From Macrostomum hystrix (taxonomy: Eukaryota; Animalia; Platyhelminthes): a stretch of DNA of 64,000 nt. Below are positions 52,628 through 64,000 of the stretch, piece after piece. The notes below the pieces were generated by a model. It saw nothing but the letters and a program-made list of their open reading frames with translations. It ran no database searches and was not told the origin of the DNA. Location: NCBI GenBank assembly GCA_950097015.1, contig CATNEN010000001.1, positions 10,540,001-10,604,000 of the forward strand. Reading direction: 5' to 3'. Position 1 is the stretch's first letter, and each line of letters starts with the position of its first letter. The translations under genes were made by a program, and so were the position numbers.

Positions 52628-53846
52628 TACGACGAAGCCTATCCCGAAAAAGTTTCTCTTTAGTGCAAAGTTTCTTAAGTACATGCATGGTTAGTCATTC
52701 CTGAATCTATATCTGAATGACAAAAGACACCACAAGTTTTAAAGCAAATGCAGTCTCACAAGCTTCAAGGGCTATCAAGTTAAACACACACAGCTTCGTT
52801 TACAAATCTTGCCACTTCGGCTTCGTTCACACGATACGACGTCAGAAACATCATCAAGTTTTCAGTTTTGGCTGGCAAATCAACATCAGAGATTCATGAA
52901 GAGCTTGGACAAGTCAACCAGTTCAGGAACGGGTCCGTGATGTTCAAGGAGGCAGGCTGTCGATGGAAGACAAAGAGCGGTCTGGAAGGCCAAGAACAAC
53001 CACTACTGATGCCAAATCCTGAGCGTGTCAAAGCTACAGTCACTGTGGACAGCAGATTGACTTGCAATGAGATTGAATACCTCCTGGACATACTTCACAG
53101 CACAGTGCATCGCATTCTTACTGAGCAGTTGGAAAAAGCAGATGACCTTCGTGAAGTGGATGCAAAATCTCCTGACTAAAGATGAAATGAAAGAGAGGGC
53201 AAGAACACCTTCTACCGTTTAATCGAGAGAGAAGCAACTTTCTCAGCAGAATTGTGACAGAAGATGAGACATGGATCTACGAGTGGGATCCTGAGCTCCA
53301 GCGCCAGTCAGCGCCTTGGCTTCCAAGGGGATCAGCGAGTCCTGAAAAAGTTCAGCGGAAGCGGATCTCCTTGAAGGTGATGCACATCGTCTTTTTTTAC
53401 ATCCATGGGGTCCTGGTGGACTGGCCAGTGCCAATCGGCACCAAGCTGAATGCATAATTGAGGCCAACCGCTATCTGGAAAAAGCGACCTGTGCACCGCG
53501 CCAGAAGAGTCGAGGAGCTCGTGGATTCATGGAGCTCAGAGGTCCTGGCACAGTCACGCTATTCACCTGATTTGGCTTCAGCGGACTTCTATATATTTCC
53601 CAGAATGAAGGAGAGTCTTCGTGGTCAACGCTTCGCCTCTGTGGAGCAGATAAACAGCAATGCTTCATCAGCTTTGCGGCATCCGGGGGCTGCGATGCTG
53701 CCTTTCAAGCAGGGCTACGGCGCTGGCAAAAGTGCGTGGACCTTAGGGAGCAAATTTGTGGAGTAAAAATGACCTGTTTTGACTACTTGTTTTGTCCTTC
53801 AAGCTGTTCGCCTTTTTGTTGAACTTACTTTTGGGATAGCAGCCCA
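52628..53846 (+). mobile_element. Decayed mariner (Tc1/mariner) transposon, transposase pseudogene
   Basis: Fragments GKSTSEIHEEL (HTH), VTEDETWIYEWDPE (first catalytic D), KVMHIVFF, YSPDLASADFYIFPRMKESLRGQRF; frameshifts and stops; imperfect TIRs ctatcccgaaaaagtttc / gaacttacttttgggatag; about 1.2 kb. Confidence 0.92.
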
Positions 53847-53863
53847 CAGCAACCCCATTGAAT

Positions 53864-54192
53864 GGGGGTCGGTGGCAGAGCGGTTAACGTGTTTGCCTCT
53901 CGCACCAAGGTCCCTGAGCTCGATTCCGCGGCGTGGCCACATTTATTTGGGGCGCAGCCGCGGAGAGAAGGCTTGGGGGCTTGTCGTGCAATTTACGCCC
54001 TAGAGGGCCAACCTCCTAGGCACAGTGAGAGTGTACACTGGCTGACGATGAGAAAGCCACGGCAGATGTACACACCTGTGTGAGCGTGTGCCTGCATACG
54101 GTATCTGCGTACCTGTGCGCTCAGGAGTCAGCGAATTGGGCAGAATTGCCTCCTCGCTGGCTGCGGGTCTAGCGTCACGAAATGATGTACAG
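53864..54192 (+). mobile_element. tRNA-derived SINE family A, near full length
   Basis: Head GGGGTCGGTGGCAGAGCGGTTAA (A box)...GAGCTCGATTCC (B box-like); body shared with four other copies in the window. Confidence 0.85.
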
Positions 54193-54299
54193 CATTGAAT
54201 GGTACAGCATCAATCCCTTTGTATTTAATAACTTAAGCAACGAACAGGAGAGTAAAGCTTGTTTCATTACAAACATTTTACAAAGCATTTATCGCGATC

Positions 54300-54554
54300 C
54301 CCGAGAAAAAATATTATGATAAACTTGGGATGTGGATTTTGAATTTAAAATTACTTTCAAGTACAGATACCAAACTATATCAGATAATTACTTCCAAGTT
54401 ATTCCCAACTTCCCAAGTATTCAATGTTTGAATTACATGTCGATCGACTTACTTCCAACTACTTTCCAAGTATCCAACGTGACAAACTTATCAAGTACAG
54501 TTAAGTACAAAGTACCATTGCTGACTTGACAAGTTTACAATGTTTTTTCTCGGG
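54300..54554. mobile_element. MITE with CCCGAGAAAAAA termini
   Basis: CCCGAGAAAAAATATTATGATAAACTTG ... CAAGTTTACAATGTTTTTTCTCGGG inverted ends; internal ACTTCCAAGT subrepeats. Confidence 0.65.
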
Positions 54555-55399
54555 ATATCAGTATATCTATATCCATTTATTTGTCTCTTTTCGATTCAGT
54601 TCATTATAAATTATTGTTATCACCACCACCACATAATGTTTATGTCAATATTTACATGCATGGCATAAATCATCGGACTATTGAGTCTCAAATTGCGAAT
54701 GTCTAAATTTGAAAATTCTATAAATAGATTCGGAATTTTCTAGAATGTATATGGCGTCAATTTTATTGACTACAAGCAGCAGAATACCTGAATGCCTGAC
54801 TTTGAAGGTTATTTAAGAAAGATAGAAAATGTCCAGACACAAAAAATGTGCACTTTTCTATTGAAAACTGAAATTCACTTTTCTTGATATAATAGTTTCC
54901 TAATCAATTACTTTTATTGAATGCACCTGCCTCAATTAAAACCAAATGCACAGCCGTAGCTTTAGCCCTAGCTTTTCCTACGCATGATGGGGGCAGCACA
55001 CCCACCCCTTGTTTACCCCAGCTGATGCTGCTACGTGCTCAATTAACAACTGAGTCAGGATTCGAACCTCGGTTGTGAGTAAGATAATGAGACAGGATAG
55101 GCATATATTCCAGGGCTTATTGAAATTGACAGAACAAGTTATTTAACTAGGATCATTATAAATTTGAGAATTTCAAAAAATAAGTTTAATTAACTCAAAA
55201 GTCAATGAAAAAATCTGTAAAGCAACGATTAAGTAGTCGCTAATGATTATAAGAATGATTTTAAGAATTCATAGAATCGGCAAATTTCGGTCCATCAGCT
55301 AGATACGGCTATCGAAGCTCCAAAATCCGGCCCCTGGCCCCTCTTCAGCGCCTAAAATGCATCTATCTCTTCCGTGCCTTATTCGCTCCTGTATCGAAT

Positions 55400-55945
55400 C
55401 TTCCATGCCTCATCTCTTCTCTCCCGTGTCTAATCTCATCCCTGTTTCATACCTGTTCTGTCTCATCTCTCCCTGTCTCAGCTCTTCTGTGTCTCATCTC
55501 TCCCCTGTATCATCTCCTGGGGGTCTTATCTCTTTCCTGTCTCATCTCTCTCCGGTCTCATCTCTTCATCTCTCTCATCTCTCATCTCTTCCGTCTCATC
55601 ACTCACCAGTCTAATCTCTTCTGTGTCTCATCTCTTCCCGTGTCTCATCTCTTCCCAGTCTCATCTCTTCCATGGCTCATCTCTCTCTTCTCTCATCTTT
55701 CGCCAGTCTCATCTCTCACCAGTTTAATCTCTCCTGTGTCTCATCTCTTCCCGTGTCTCATCTCTTGCATGTCTTATCTCTCCCGCGCCTCATCTCTCCC
55801 CAGTCTCATCTCTGCCGCGTCTCATCTCTCGCATGTCGATCTTATCTCCTTTGTGTCTCGTCTCTTTCTTGTCTGTCTTCGCCCAATCTCTTTTCTTGTC
55901 TAATCTCTCTACAATCTGATATCTCCCGTCTTATCTCTCCCCTTT
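55400..55945. repeat. Degenerate pyrimidine-rich satellite (GTCTCATCTCT..)
   Basis: Imperfect tandem copies. Confidence 0.85.
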
Positions 55946-56430
55946 TCTAGGCCGTCTCTTAAAACAGAACATTGTGGACAGACATGTCCTGAAAATCCCA
56001 AGTTGAACAGAATTACCACTAACTATTTTAACATAGACAGCAGTTTCAGCAGAAAAAAATCACAGATCTTCTGCAAAAGTAGCTTTCAAACTATTCGACA
56101 TAAAGGCAACAGGCCCTCATAAACATAAAAACAACTCGCCTACCCGCTTAATGCGTAAATAACAAAATTCTTTATTTACGATTCTCAATTTACGAGTGCG
56201 AGACAGCGAAGGCCAGACATAGAGCTAGAAGAATAAGATGTCATTCAAAACCATTCACTAGCGAAGCGAATGAAGTGGAGAACGAAAATAAGGTGAGTAA
56301 AAGCAGCACTCAAAAAGCTAGACTTGTCTTTTAAAAACACGAAATACCCTGAAATATAATGGTATGCCAGTAACTGGTTGTTTACACGAAAAAATGTGAA
56401 ACATATTAATCAAACATGTCTCAAAAAGTG

Positions 56431-56462
56431 TATAAAAACGCAACTGGCAAATTAAATAGTCT
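56431..56462 (+). promoter_or_regulatory. TATA box and putative initiator of the VWA gene
   Basis: TATAAAA at 56431-56437 with ATAGTC about 26 nt downstream and ATG at 56543; AATAAA at 58730 after the stop. Confidence 0.5.
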
Positions 56463-56542
56463 TCATGAAATCTCTTAGCGAGAATTCCTCGAGCAACTTC
56501 AAGATTAAGTCTCTGACAGATTCTGCTAAGCACTGCGCTACA

Positions 56543-58539
56543 ATGCTTCACAACAACATGCTGTATCTGCTGCTTCTAGTAGGCGCTCTCGCGGTGCCAC
56601 ATGCAAACTGCCAATCAGTCGAAGACAAAAAGTGCCCGTGTCCGTCGGGCTACAAGCAGGTGGAGGTCAAGAAGCAGGTGCGCAGCGATGGTCCGTGCAA
56701 GCCGCAGAAGCTTGGGTCGCTGGGATTCGTCATTGACAACACCGCATCGATGGGAGCGGAGATCTTCGCGGTACGCACTCAGGTGGGAGCCATCATGGCC
56801 AACAACTCGGTGTTCAAGGACTACGTTGTGGCCTCATTTGGTGACCCCTACGTGAAGAATGTCATCCGATCTAGCAATGCCAGCGCCATCCAGACGTTCG
56901 TGAACGCGATCGTTCCAGCTGGCGGAGGCGACTGTCCCGAGTTTGCGATGTCTGGCATTGAAGACGCAGCGAAGGAGGCTCGCAAGAACTCCGTGCTCAT
57001 CCTGTTCACCGATGCTGCAGCCAAGGACGCCAACAAGACCGCCCAGGTAGTCACCCTGCTTAAATCGAAGAACGCGAAGCTCTTCGTCATCGCCACAGGC
57101 ACTTTCTGCGGTTCCGGTGTTTACAAAGGCGAGTTTGAAGAGATTGCCAAAGCCACTGGCGGCCGTGTCATAACCCTGACAGCCAAGACTTCCGTCAACG
57201 AGGTGAGTAGCTTTCTCAATCCTCAATTCAAAGTTTATAAATAATCATCTTTCTAAATTTAGAATTTTAAGCTAACGTTGAATTGACGTTTTTGAATCAC
57301 AGGTGCTGGAGTTTATCGGCCTGGTAGCTTCGGGCAAGTACTCGCTGGACTCATTTCCAACCAGTTTGGACGAGCTCAGAAGCATGAAGCCTCCGATGAG
57401 TAAGCATTGCAGATGGTGTGCTCAACTTTATCTCAACTTTCGCATAGGATGCTCTGTTAGTTATAAAAATATACTCCCGACTTTCAGAGTGTTCCAAGTG
57501 GATCGTAGAGCTTCAATGCAAGAAGGAGGAAGGTAAGTTCAGTGCTCAGTGATCAGATATTGCTTCGAGCAAGCTACTCAGATGACTTGAGGAATACAAG
57601 TGTTGAACTCACATCAATTGCAGCGCCCTGCCCGCCTGGATACAAGCGAGTGACCATGCGCAACAAGGTCTGTGCTCCGCCCAAAGCCTGCAAGCCGAAG
57701 CCGGTGGGTTCACTGGGCTTCGTGATCGACAACACCGCATCGATGGGAGCCGAGATCTTCGCCGTGCGCAGTCAGGTGGGAGCCATCATGGCCAACAACA
57801 CGGTCTTCAAGGACTACGTCATTGCATCGTTCGGCGATCCCTACGTGAAGAATGTCATCCGATCCAGCAACGAGAGCGTCATTCAGAGCTTCGTGGACGG
57901 CATCGCTCCGTCGGGTGGAGGCGACTGTCCAGAGTACGCCATGTCGGGCATCGAAGACGCGGCGAAGGAGGCCCTGGACAACTCCGTGCTCATCCTGTTC
58001 ACCGACGCGGCTGCCAAAGACGCGAACAAGACCGCCGACGTCGCCGCCTTGCTGGTGTCCAAGAAGATCAAGCTGTACGTAATCGCCACTGGCACTTTCT
58101 GCGGTCCCTCGGTGTACAAGGGAGAGTTTGACTACCTGGCCAAGGCCACCGGCGGCTCCGTCATGACCCTCACCGCCAAGACTTCCATCGGAGAGGTAAC
58201 TATCTGATGATAGCTCGTAAAACATTGATATCTAGTTGATAATACATTGCCAGTGACATTGCCCCTGTTCAATCTTCAACTTCGTCAGGTTCTTGACTTT
58301 GTTAATCTAGCGGCTTCTGGTGCAGTCTCCTTCGACTCGCTGCCTGCCTCACTTGAGAAGCTTCGTCGTTTGCCTCGCCGTAAGTACAACTGACTGCTGA
58401 GCATTCTATGTTGTATGCATTCTATGGTGATCTACCTGGACCAATTGATCTCATTTATCACCTATTCTCAATTTCAGCGTCAAACTGCTGGACTCAGGAG
58501 ATATCCACCTGCATGTGCGACTGCTACGTCCGCGAGTGA
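56543..58539 (+). CDS. Secreted protein with two tandem hemicentin/VWA7-type von Willebrand A domains, about 493 aa; exons 56543-57202, 57303-57399, 57624-58195, 58289-58379, 58478-58539
   Basis: Signal peptide MLHNNMLYLLLLVGALAVPHANC; two copies of SLGFVIDNTASM..DYV.ASFGDP..GGGDCPE.AMSGI..SVLILFTDAAAKD..ATGG; intron phases 0,1,0,1 all join in frame; last exon gives PSNCWTQEISTCMCDCYVRE*. Confidence 0.88.
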
Positions 58540-59794
58540 TTTTAACGGCAATCCCTTAATTAACACTTTTAGTGACTTTACACAATGTATGAGCACATGA
58601 GTATAATCGTTTTATCATGCCACAATGTGACAATTTCGTAAGAATTGTATTTTTCTCTTTAACTACATGTACCTGCTTTTTCAAGTAATGCTGACATATG
58701 TGAAAATAGTTTTTAACAAAATGTGTGCAAATAAATAACTTTTATGAACCCTGCATTGAGTGGATTATCAATCTTAAGAAAACAAAAACTTGCAAAAAAT
58801 CATTTTGTTCTTTATCAGCTGCTTATAATTAGCAATAACAACCAATATCACAGAGTGCACTTTCAATTGACTGTCACTATAATTAATAGTTTTGTCGAGT
58901 ACATGCAGCTGAAAACAGAACTGATACACTGTAAAAGTAAGGTTTTGAATCTGTAATTCCAACCTATCTAACAAGCGAGGTAGTACTAACAATTATTTCA
59001 GAAATATACTTTAAATAGAAAAAATTCCCTTGCACCTTACTCTACGTTACACTTAATGCAATGATAATTCCACATCTAGTGACAGTCGACGCGCAGCCAA
59101 CGTGCTGAACTCAAACACGCACACAATAATTTATTTTAGAGTTTAGAATGGCTTATATATACTCTAACATTATCGTATCGTGTTGTGCATGCTGCAGGTG
59201 TCAGTGACTTCTGAACGGGTTCGACAGTAACTAATCTACTAAGAGCAAATATATTGCAGATTGACGCCATGGATATAATATCTAACACAGCTCTCACACC
59301 AGCTTCTAATCCTGCTAATCCATCTAGAGCTGTTCGCTAGTCCCTATAGGCGAACACAAAATTGTTTTACGAGTTAGATAGACGAGACTGTTTGAGCTAC
59401 GTAAGGCAGCCATTTTTTAATGGCCATGCGGCTATCCTCATGTTCCATCCTGTCCTCTCACTATCTTGTCCAAAGCTCACTAACTGCTCATGCTCATCTT
59501 CAGAGAGAAATGAGGCACAAAGTGTATATAATGTTCGTTAATTTGAAACCGGAGAGTATGCCGGAGGGGAGTTGATGATGATGATGACGGCGAGTGCATT
59601 GAGGGAGCGGCGTGGTATGAAGGCCGCTGTGTGATGACGCCTCACTTTGACCGAAAACTGCTCACGCGACCATTCGTTTGAGTAATGCAGCTCTTTCTTC
59701 ACTTCCATCTAGACTTGTTTGAGTCCATTTTTAATTATTTCGACCTGACTGTTTTCTCTCTCAAATCTCTGCTTTCTCTCCAAGCTTTTCCTTG

Positions 59795-60203
59795 CTTGAC
59801 TGTGATGATTTGAGTAGACAATAGCCTTGACTGTGATGATTTGAGTAGACAATTGACTTGACTGTGAGGGTTTGAGTAGACAATGGCCTTGACTGTGATG
59901 ATTTGAGTAGACAATGGCCTTGACTGTGATGATTTGAGTAGACAATGGCCTTGACTGTGATGATTTGAGTAGACAATGGCCTTTACTGTGAGGGTTTGAG
60001 TAGACAATAGCCTTGACTGTGAGGGTTTGAGTAGACAATAGCCTTGACTGTGAGGGTTTGAGTAGACAATGGCCTTTACTGTGAGGGTTTGAGTAGACAA
60101 TAGCCTTGACTGTGAGGGTTTGAGTAGACAATAGCCTTTACTGTGAGGGTTTGAGTAGACCGTAGCCTTGACTGTGAGTGCTTGAGTAGACAATTGAGTA
60201 GAC
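59795..60203. repeat. 31-bp satellite TTGACTGTGAGGGTTTGAGTAGACAATAGCC
   Basis: About 13 copies. Confidence 0.93.
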
Positions 60204-60995
60204 AGTAGATTGCACTTTAAGGGTTCAGGTACGAGCAAATGTATGGACTTCAAGCCTCAAAGGATTCATCATGCATACAATCTCCATGCTGGCTAATTGC
60301 CTATTGTATCTATGTACTATTACTAAGGAAAGATCGCTGTGCTTGGCAGATGGTGAAAAGCTTGTTTAGATAACTTGTTACGGCCACAAACGCATTGACT
60401 ATCGTCACGTCCATCTTTGTCAAATTAGACTGCTTGTATTAGGAGGTAGGGAATGCATCCGAGTATAAGAAGGCCTTTACTGAGAGGATTTAGGATCTGA
60501 CCCTAGAGTCTTACGTATAGCGCTTCTCAACACTTCCTAACTCTTTCCGTATGCCCAATATTCCCTGAGGATGAATTCCAAAGTGGAAATTATATTCGTC
60601 GCCTATCCGGTCAGTCAACACTTGGGATAGGCCGAGAGAGAAAGGAGATGAGAGACTGTGCTTGGAGTGGCCCCTGACTGAAAGATATACGAGAGGAGAT
60701 GCGGACACACGCATCGGTTGCTATAAAATATTAACACAATAGATTGGCTTCGGCATGTATGGGCAGGTAGCACTGGCTCGTGTGACAGATCGAGTCAACA
60801 TTCCATTTTTTTAGAATATTTAGACAAGCCCTGAACAGTTTGAAGTGCACTATAGAACTGCTCTAATGACGAATGATTGACTTGATGACTTGATGGCATG
60901 ACTTGATACGTCATGCCATTTTTTAATAATATTTTTGGGTACTTTGGAGCACTTAGGACATTTCAATTTACCTTAGGGTTAGTTCATCTGATGGC

Positions 60996-61572
60996 TTTTC
61001 TCTGATGACCTTGGTGCTTAGGGGAATCCTTTCTCTGACGACCCTGGTGCTTAGGGGAATCCTTTCTCTGATGACCCTGGTGCTTAGGGGAATCCTTTCT
61101 CTGATGACCTTGGTGCTTAGGGAATCCTTTCTCTGACGACCCTGGTGCTTAGGGGAATCCTTTCTCTGATGACCCTGGTGCTTAGGGGAATCCTTTCTCT
61201 GATGACCTTGATGCTTAGGGGAATCCTTTCTCTGATGACCCTGGTGCTTAGGGGAATCCTTTCTCTGACGACCCTGGTGCTTAGGGGAATCCTTTCTCTG
61301 ATGACCCTGGTGCTTAGGGGAATCCTTTCTCTGATGACCTTGGTGCTTAGGGGAATCCTTTCTCTGATGACCCTGGTGCTTAGGGGAATCCTTTCTCTGA
61401 TGACCTTGATGCTTAGGGGAACCCTTTCTCTGACGACCTTGGTGTTTAGGGGAATCCCTTTTCATGACCTTGGTGCTTAGGGGAACCCTTTCTCTGACGA
61501 CCCTGGTGCTTAGGGGAATCCTTTCTCTGACGACCTTGGTGCTTTGGGGAATCCTTTCAGTGATAACCCTGG
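60996..61572. repeat. 33-bp satellite TTTCTCTGATGACCCTGGTGCTTAGGGGAATCC
   Basis: About 17 copies. Confidence 0.95.
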
Positions 61573-62291
61573 AGCCAATCCTGGGTAGACTTGTTTTGGT
61601 TTTCCTAGAATCAGTGAACATATATGATATATATGTGAAGTGGCGTGCTACGACTGATTGGCTTCTGGACGTATAAAGAGCTTTTTTCTTATGTTATCGT
61701 AGCTTCGTTATGTTTCTGATTTAGTCGACCGCAAGAACAATAAACTGAGCAACAGAACCTTGAATGTACTATAACAAATTCAACAAATACAATTTAATAG
61801 CCAATGGGTTGTTGCCAGCCATATGTGTGCGTGTGTGTTCATGGGATTTGTGACTGATTGACTTGGTGAAGAGGCGCATTGCAGGGGAGACGGGGACGCT
61901 TATTTTTGGGCACCAATGGGGTGGAGGTACATTGGGGTGGGGCGGTGGTTGGGGAGCAGTATTTTTTGAGCAGAATGAGTCGGGAGAAAGAAAAAAATAG
62001 CCATTTTTACTGTGGCGCTTAATTCTACCAGCTAGAAGCCCAACAACCGACCAGACGCGAAGGATTTCAGCGTAGACTGACTTATTGCCGCCACCAAACC
62101 CAGCCCTGCTAAGTTATATTGTTATCCAATAAAAATTCTCACCGCAACAGAGACGGGAAGGCAGAGAGGTCGCTATCCATAAATAATTAGGCGATCCGGT
62201 TTAACCCCGGCTCATCGCTATCGGTCATTGTCCGTTAGCCTTGGAAAGTAAAGACTTCACCGGCACATTGTGGCAGCCAGTGACAAGCAGA

Positions 62292-62488
62292 ATGCCAATC
62301 TCAATAATTCTAGCAGGGTTCGCCGCGTTGCTGATCAACTCCCAGCTCTGCGAGGCGCTTCGACCCTACCGACATTGCTCCATGGCCGAACTGGAGGGCA
62401 TCAGGCGGGACTGCTTCTACGACTTCGAGTCCCAGCTGTCCGAGACACCATCCCGCAGCATCCACGTGGAGCTGCAGCAGAAGTGCAA
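62292..62488 (+). CDS. First coding exon of an uncharacterised secreted Cys-containing protein (partial)
   Basis: MPISIILAGFAALLINSQLCEA signal-like peptide, GC-rich codons, Cys spacing C..C..C, GTGAGT donor at 62489 followed by a satellite-filled intron. Confidence 0.65.
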
Positions 62489-62492
62489 GTGA

Positions 62493-63456
62493 GTCTGTCT
62501 GTGTGTCTCTCTGTCTGTCTCTCTGTCTGTCGGTCTGTCTGTCTGTCTGTCGGTCTGTCTGTCTGTCTGTCGGTCTGTCTGTCCAGTGTGACTCTCAGTC
62601 GTGAGTTTCTCATTTCTCAGTCTTGTGTCTGTCCTGTGTGTCTGTCCTGTGTGTCTGTCCTGTGTGTCTGTCCTGTGTGTGTCTGTCCTGTGTATCTGTT
62701 TCCCTGTGTGTCTGTCCTGTTTGTCTGTCCTGTTTGTCTGTCCTGTGTGTTTGTCCTGTGTCTGTCCTGTATGTCTGTCCTGTGTGTTTGTCCTGTGTCT
62801 GTCCTGTATGTCTGTCCTGTGTGTCTGTCCTGTGTCTGTCCTGTGTGTCTGTCCTGTGTCTGTCCTGTGTGTCTGTTCCCTTGTGTGTCTGTTCCCTTGT
62901 GTGTCTGTTCCCTTGTGTGTCTGCCCTTTGTGTCTGTCCTGTGTGTCTGTCCGGTGTGTCTGTTCCCGTGTGTGTCTGTCCTGTGTGCCTGTCTGTCCTG
63001 TGTGCCTGTCTGTGTGTCTGTCCGGTGTGTCTGTTCCCCTGTGTGTCTGTCCTGTGTGCCTGTCTGTCCTGTGTGCCTGTCCTTTGTGTCTGTCCGGTGT
63101 GTCTGTTCCCGTGTGTGTCTGTCCTGTGTGCCTGTCTGTCCTGTGTGCCTGTCTGTGTGTCTGTCCGGTGTGTCTGTTCCCCTGTGTGTCTGTCCTGTGT
63201 GCCTGTCTGTCCTGTGTGCCTGTCTGTGTGTCTGTCCTGTGTGCCTGTCTGTGTGTCTGTCCGGTGTGTCTGTTCCCCTGTGTGTCTGTCCTGTGTGTCT
63301 ATCATGTGAGTCTTTCTTTTGAGCCTGTCAGTCGTGTGTTTGTCCTTTGAGTCTGTCAGTAGAGTATCTGTCAGTCGTGTCTGTCCTTTGAGTCTGTCAG
63401 TAGTGTATCTGTCAGTCGTGTCTGTCCTTTGAGTCTGTCAGTAGTGTGTCTGTCAG
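62493..63456. repeat. GTCT/GTGTCTGTCCT satellite starting directly at a splice donor
   Basis: Tandem copies. Confidence 0.93.
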
Positions 63457-64000
63457 CATGTGTCATTCCTTCGTGTTCTTTACATCGTAGGTCTGTCCTT
63501 GCTGTCTATTAAAATATTTGCGTCCCAGTCAGTCAGTCTTCTAGTCTGACTGGACTAACATGCCTGCTAGCGGTTAGCAGCTCTGACGATTTTTGTTAAG
63601 CAGAGGCAAGCAGTATTTGTCTTCTAAACAGTAGATAGCATCTAGCCTGCGCAATGCTTCATCGTAATTCAATATGATCGATTATGTTCTTAGCATGTTT
63701 GAATACAAGGCTAACAGGCCTATATACTATATAGCCCAGTCTAAAGCACACAAAACACTAATTTCTAATGTCGAAAAAGTCTACGATTTTTGAAGTGTGT
63801 TCATTTTAGCCGTTAGCAAATTTAAAAAAAACGTGCCCTCTCGGTTAATGTCAATTATGTGAAAAAATGTACTTTTTTGTAAGCTTCCGATTCAGCTGAA
63901 ACCAATCCTATCTCCGTCCCGTCCTATGTATATTTCCCAGCAACGCCACTTTTATTGTTGGTAATAATTAGTTTTTATGACTTTCAAGCTGAAAGATCGG

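Noticed and set aside
53864-53935. Functional tRNA gene
   Set aside because: No complete cloverleaf or acceptor stem; it continues into the SINE body in several copies.
56834-58225. Antisense ORFs over the VWA gene (and similar ones over PHIP exons)
   Set aside because: Shadow ORFs of GC-rich coding exons.
59420-59710. GC-rich island that might be an exon
   Set aside because: No recognisable protein motif or convincing pair of splice sites.

Overview
Eukaryotic (metazoan, invertebrate-like) genomic DNA: spliced genes with GC-richer exons and AT-rich introns, nearly every long intron filled with its own private minisatellite. Exon chains were assembled by hand from splice signals and similarity to protein families as I recall them; no database search was run. 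Gene content: (1) 5' half of a tomosyn/STXBP5 (Lgl-family WD40) gene on the minus strand, running off the left edge; (2) a complete PXK pseudokinase gene head-to-head with it (ATGs about 420 bp apart); (3) a complete BRWD/PHIP gene (WD40 + cryptic Tudor/ancillary domain + two bromodomains) on the minus strand; (4) just downstream of it, a two-exon, strongly diverged partial copy (about 431 aa) with only the Tudor-like domain and a degenerate bromodomain that has lost the acetyl-lysine-binding Asn, which is the most novel item; (5) a secreted protein with two tandem hemicentin-type VWA domains in a Cys-rich frame; (6) first exon of another secreted Cys-containing protein. Mobile DNA: a decayed mariner, a non-autonomous Merlin element with an 8-bp TSD, a solo LTR with a 5-bp TSD, two MITEs and two tRNA-derived SINE families (one nested insertion). 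Most long ORFs in the ORF track are artefacts of tandem repeats. The organism cannot be identified from the sequence; the style resembles Macrostomum-like flatworms, but that is only an impression.
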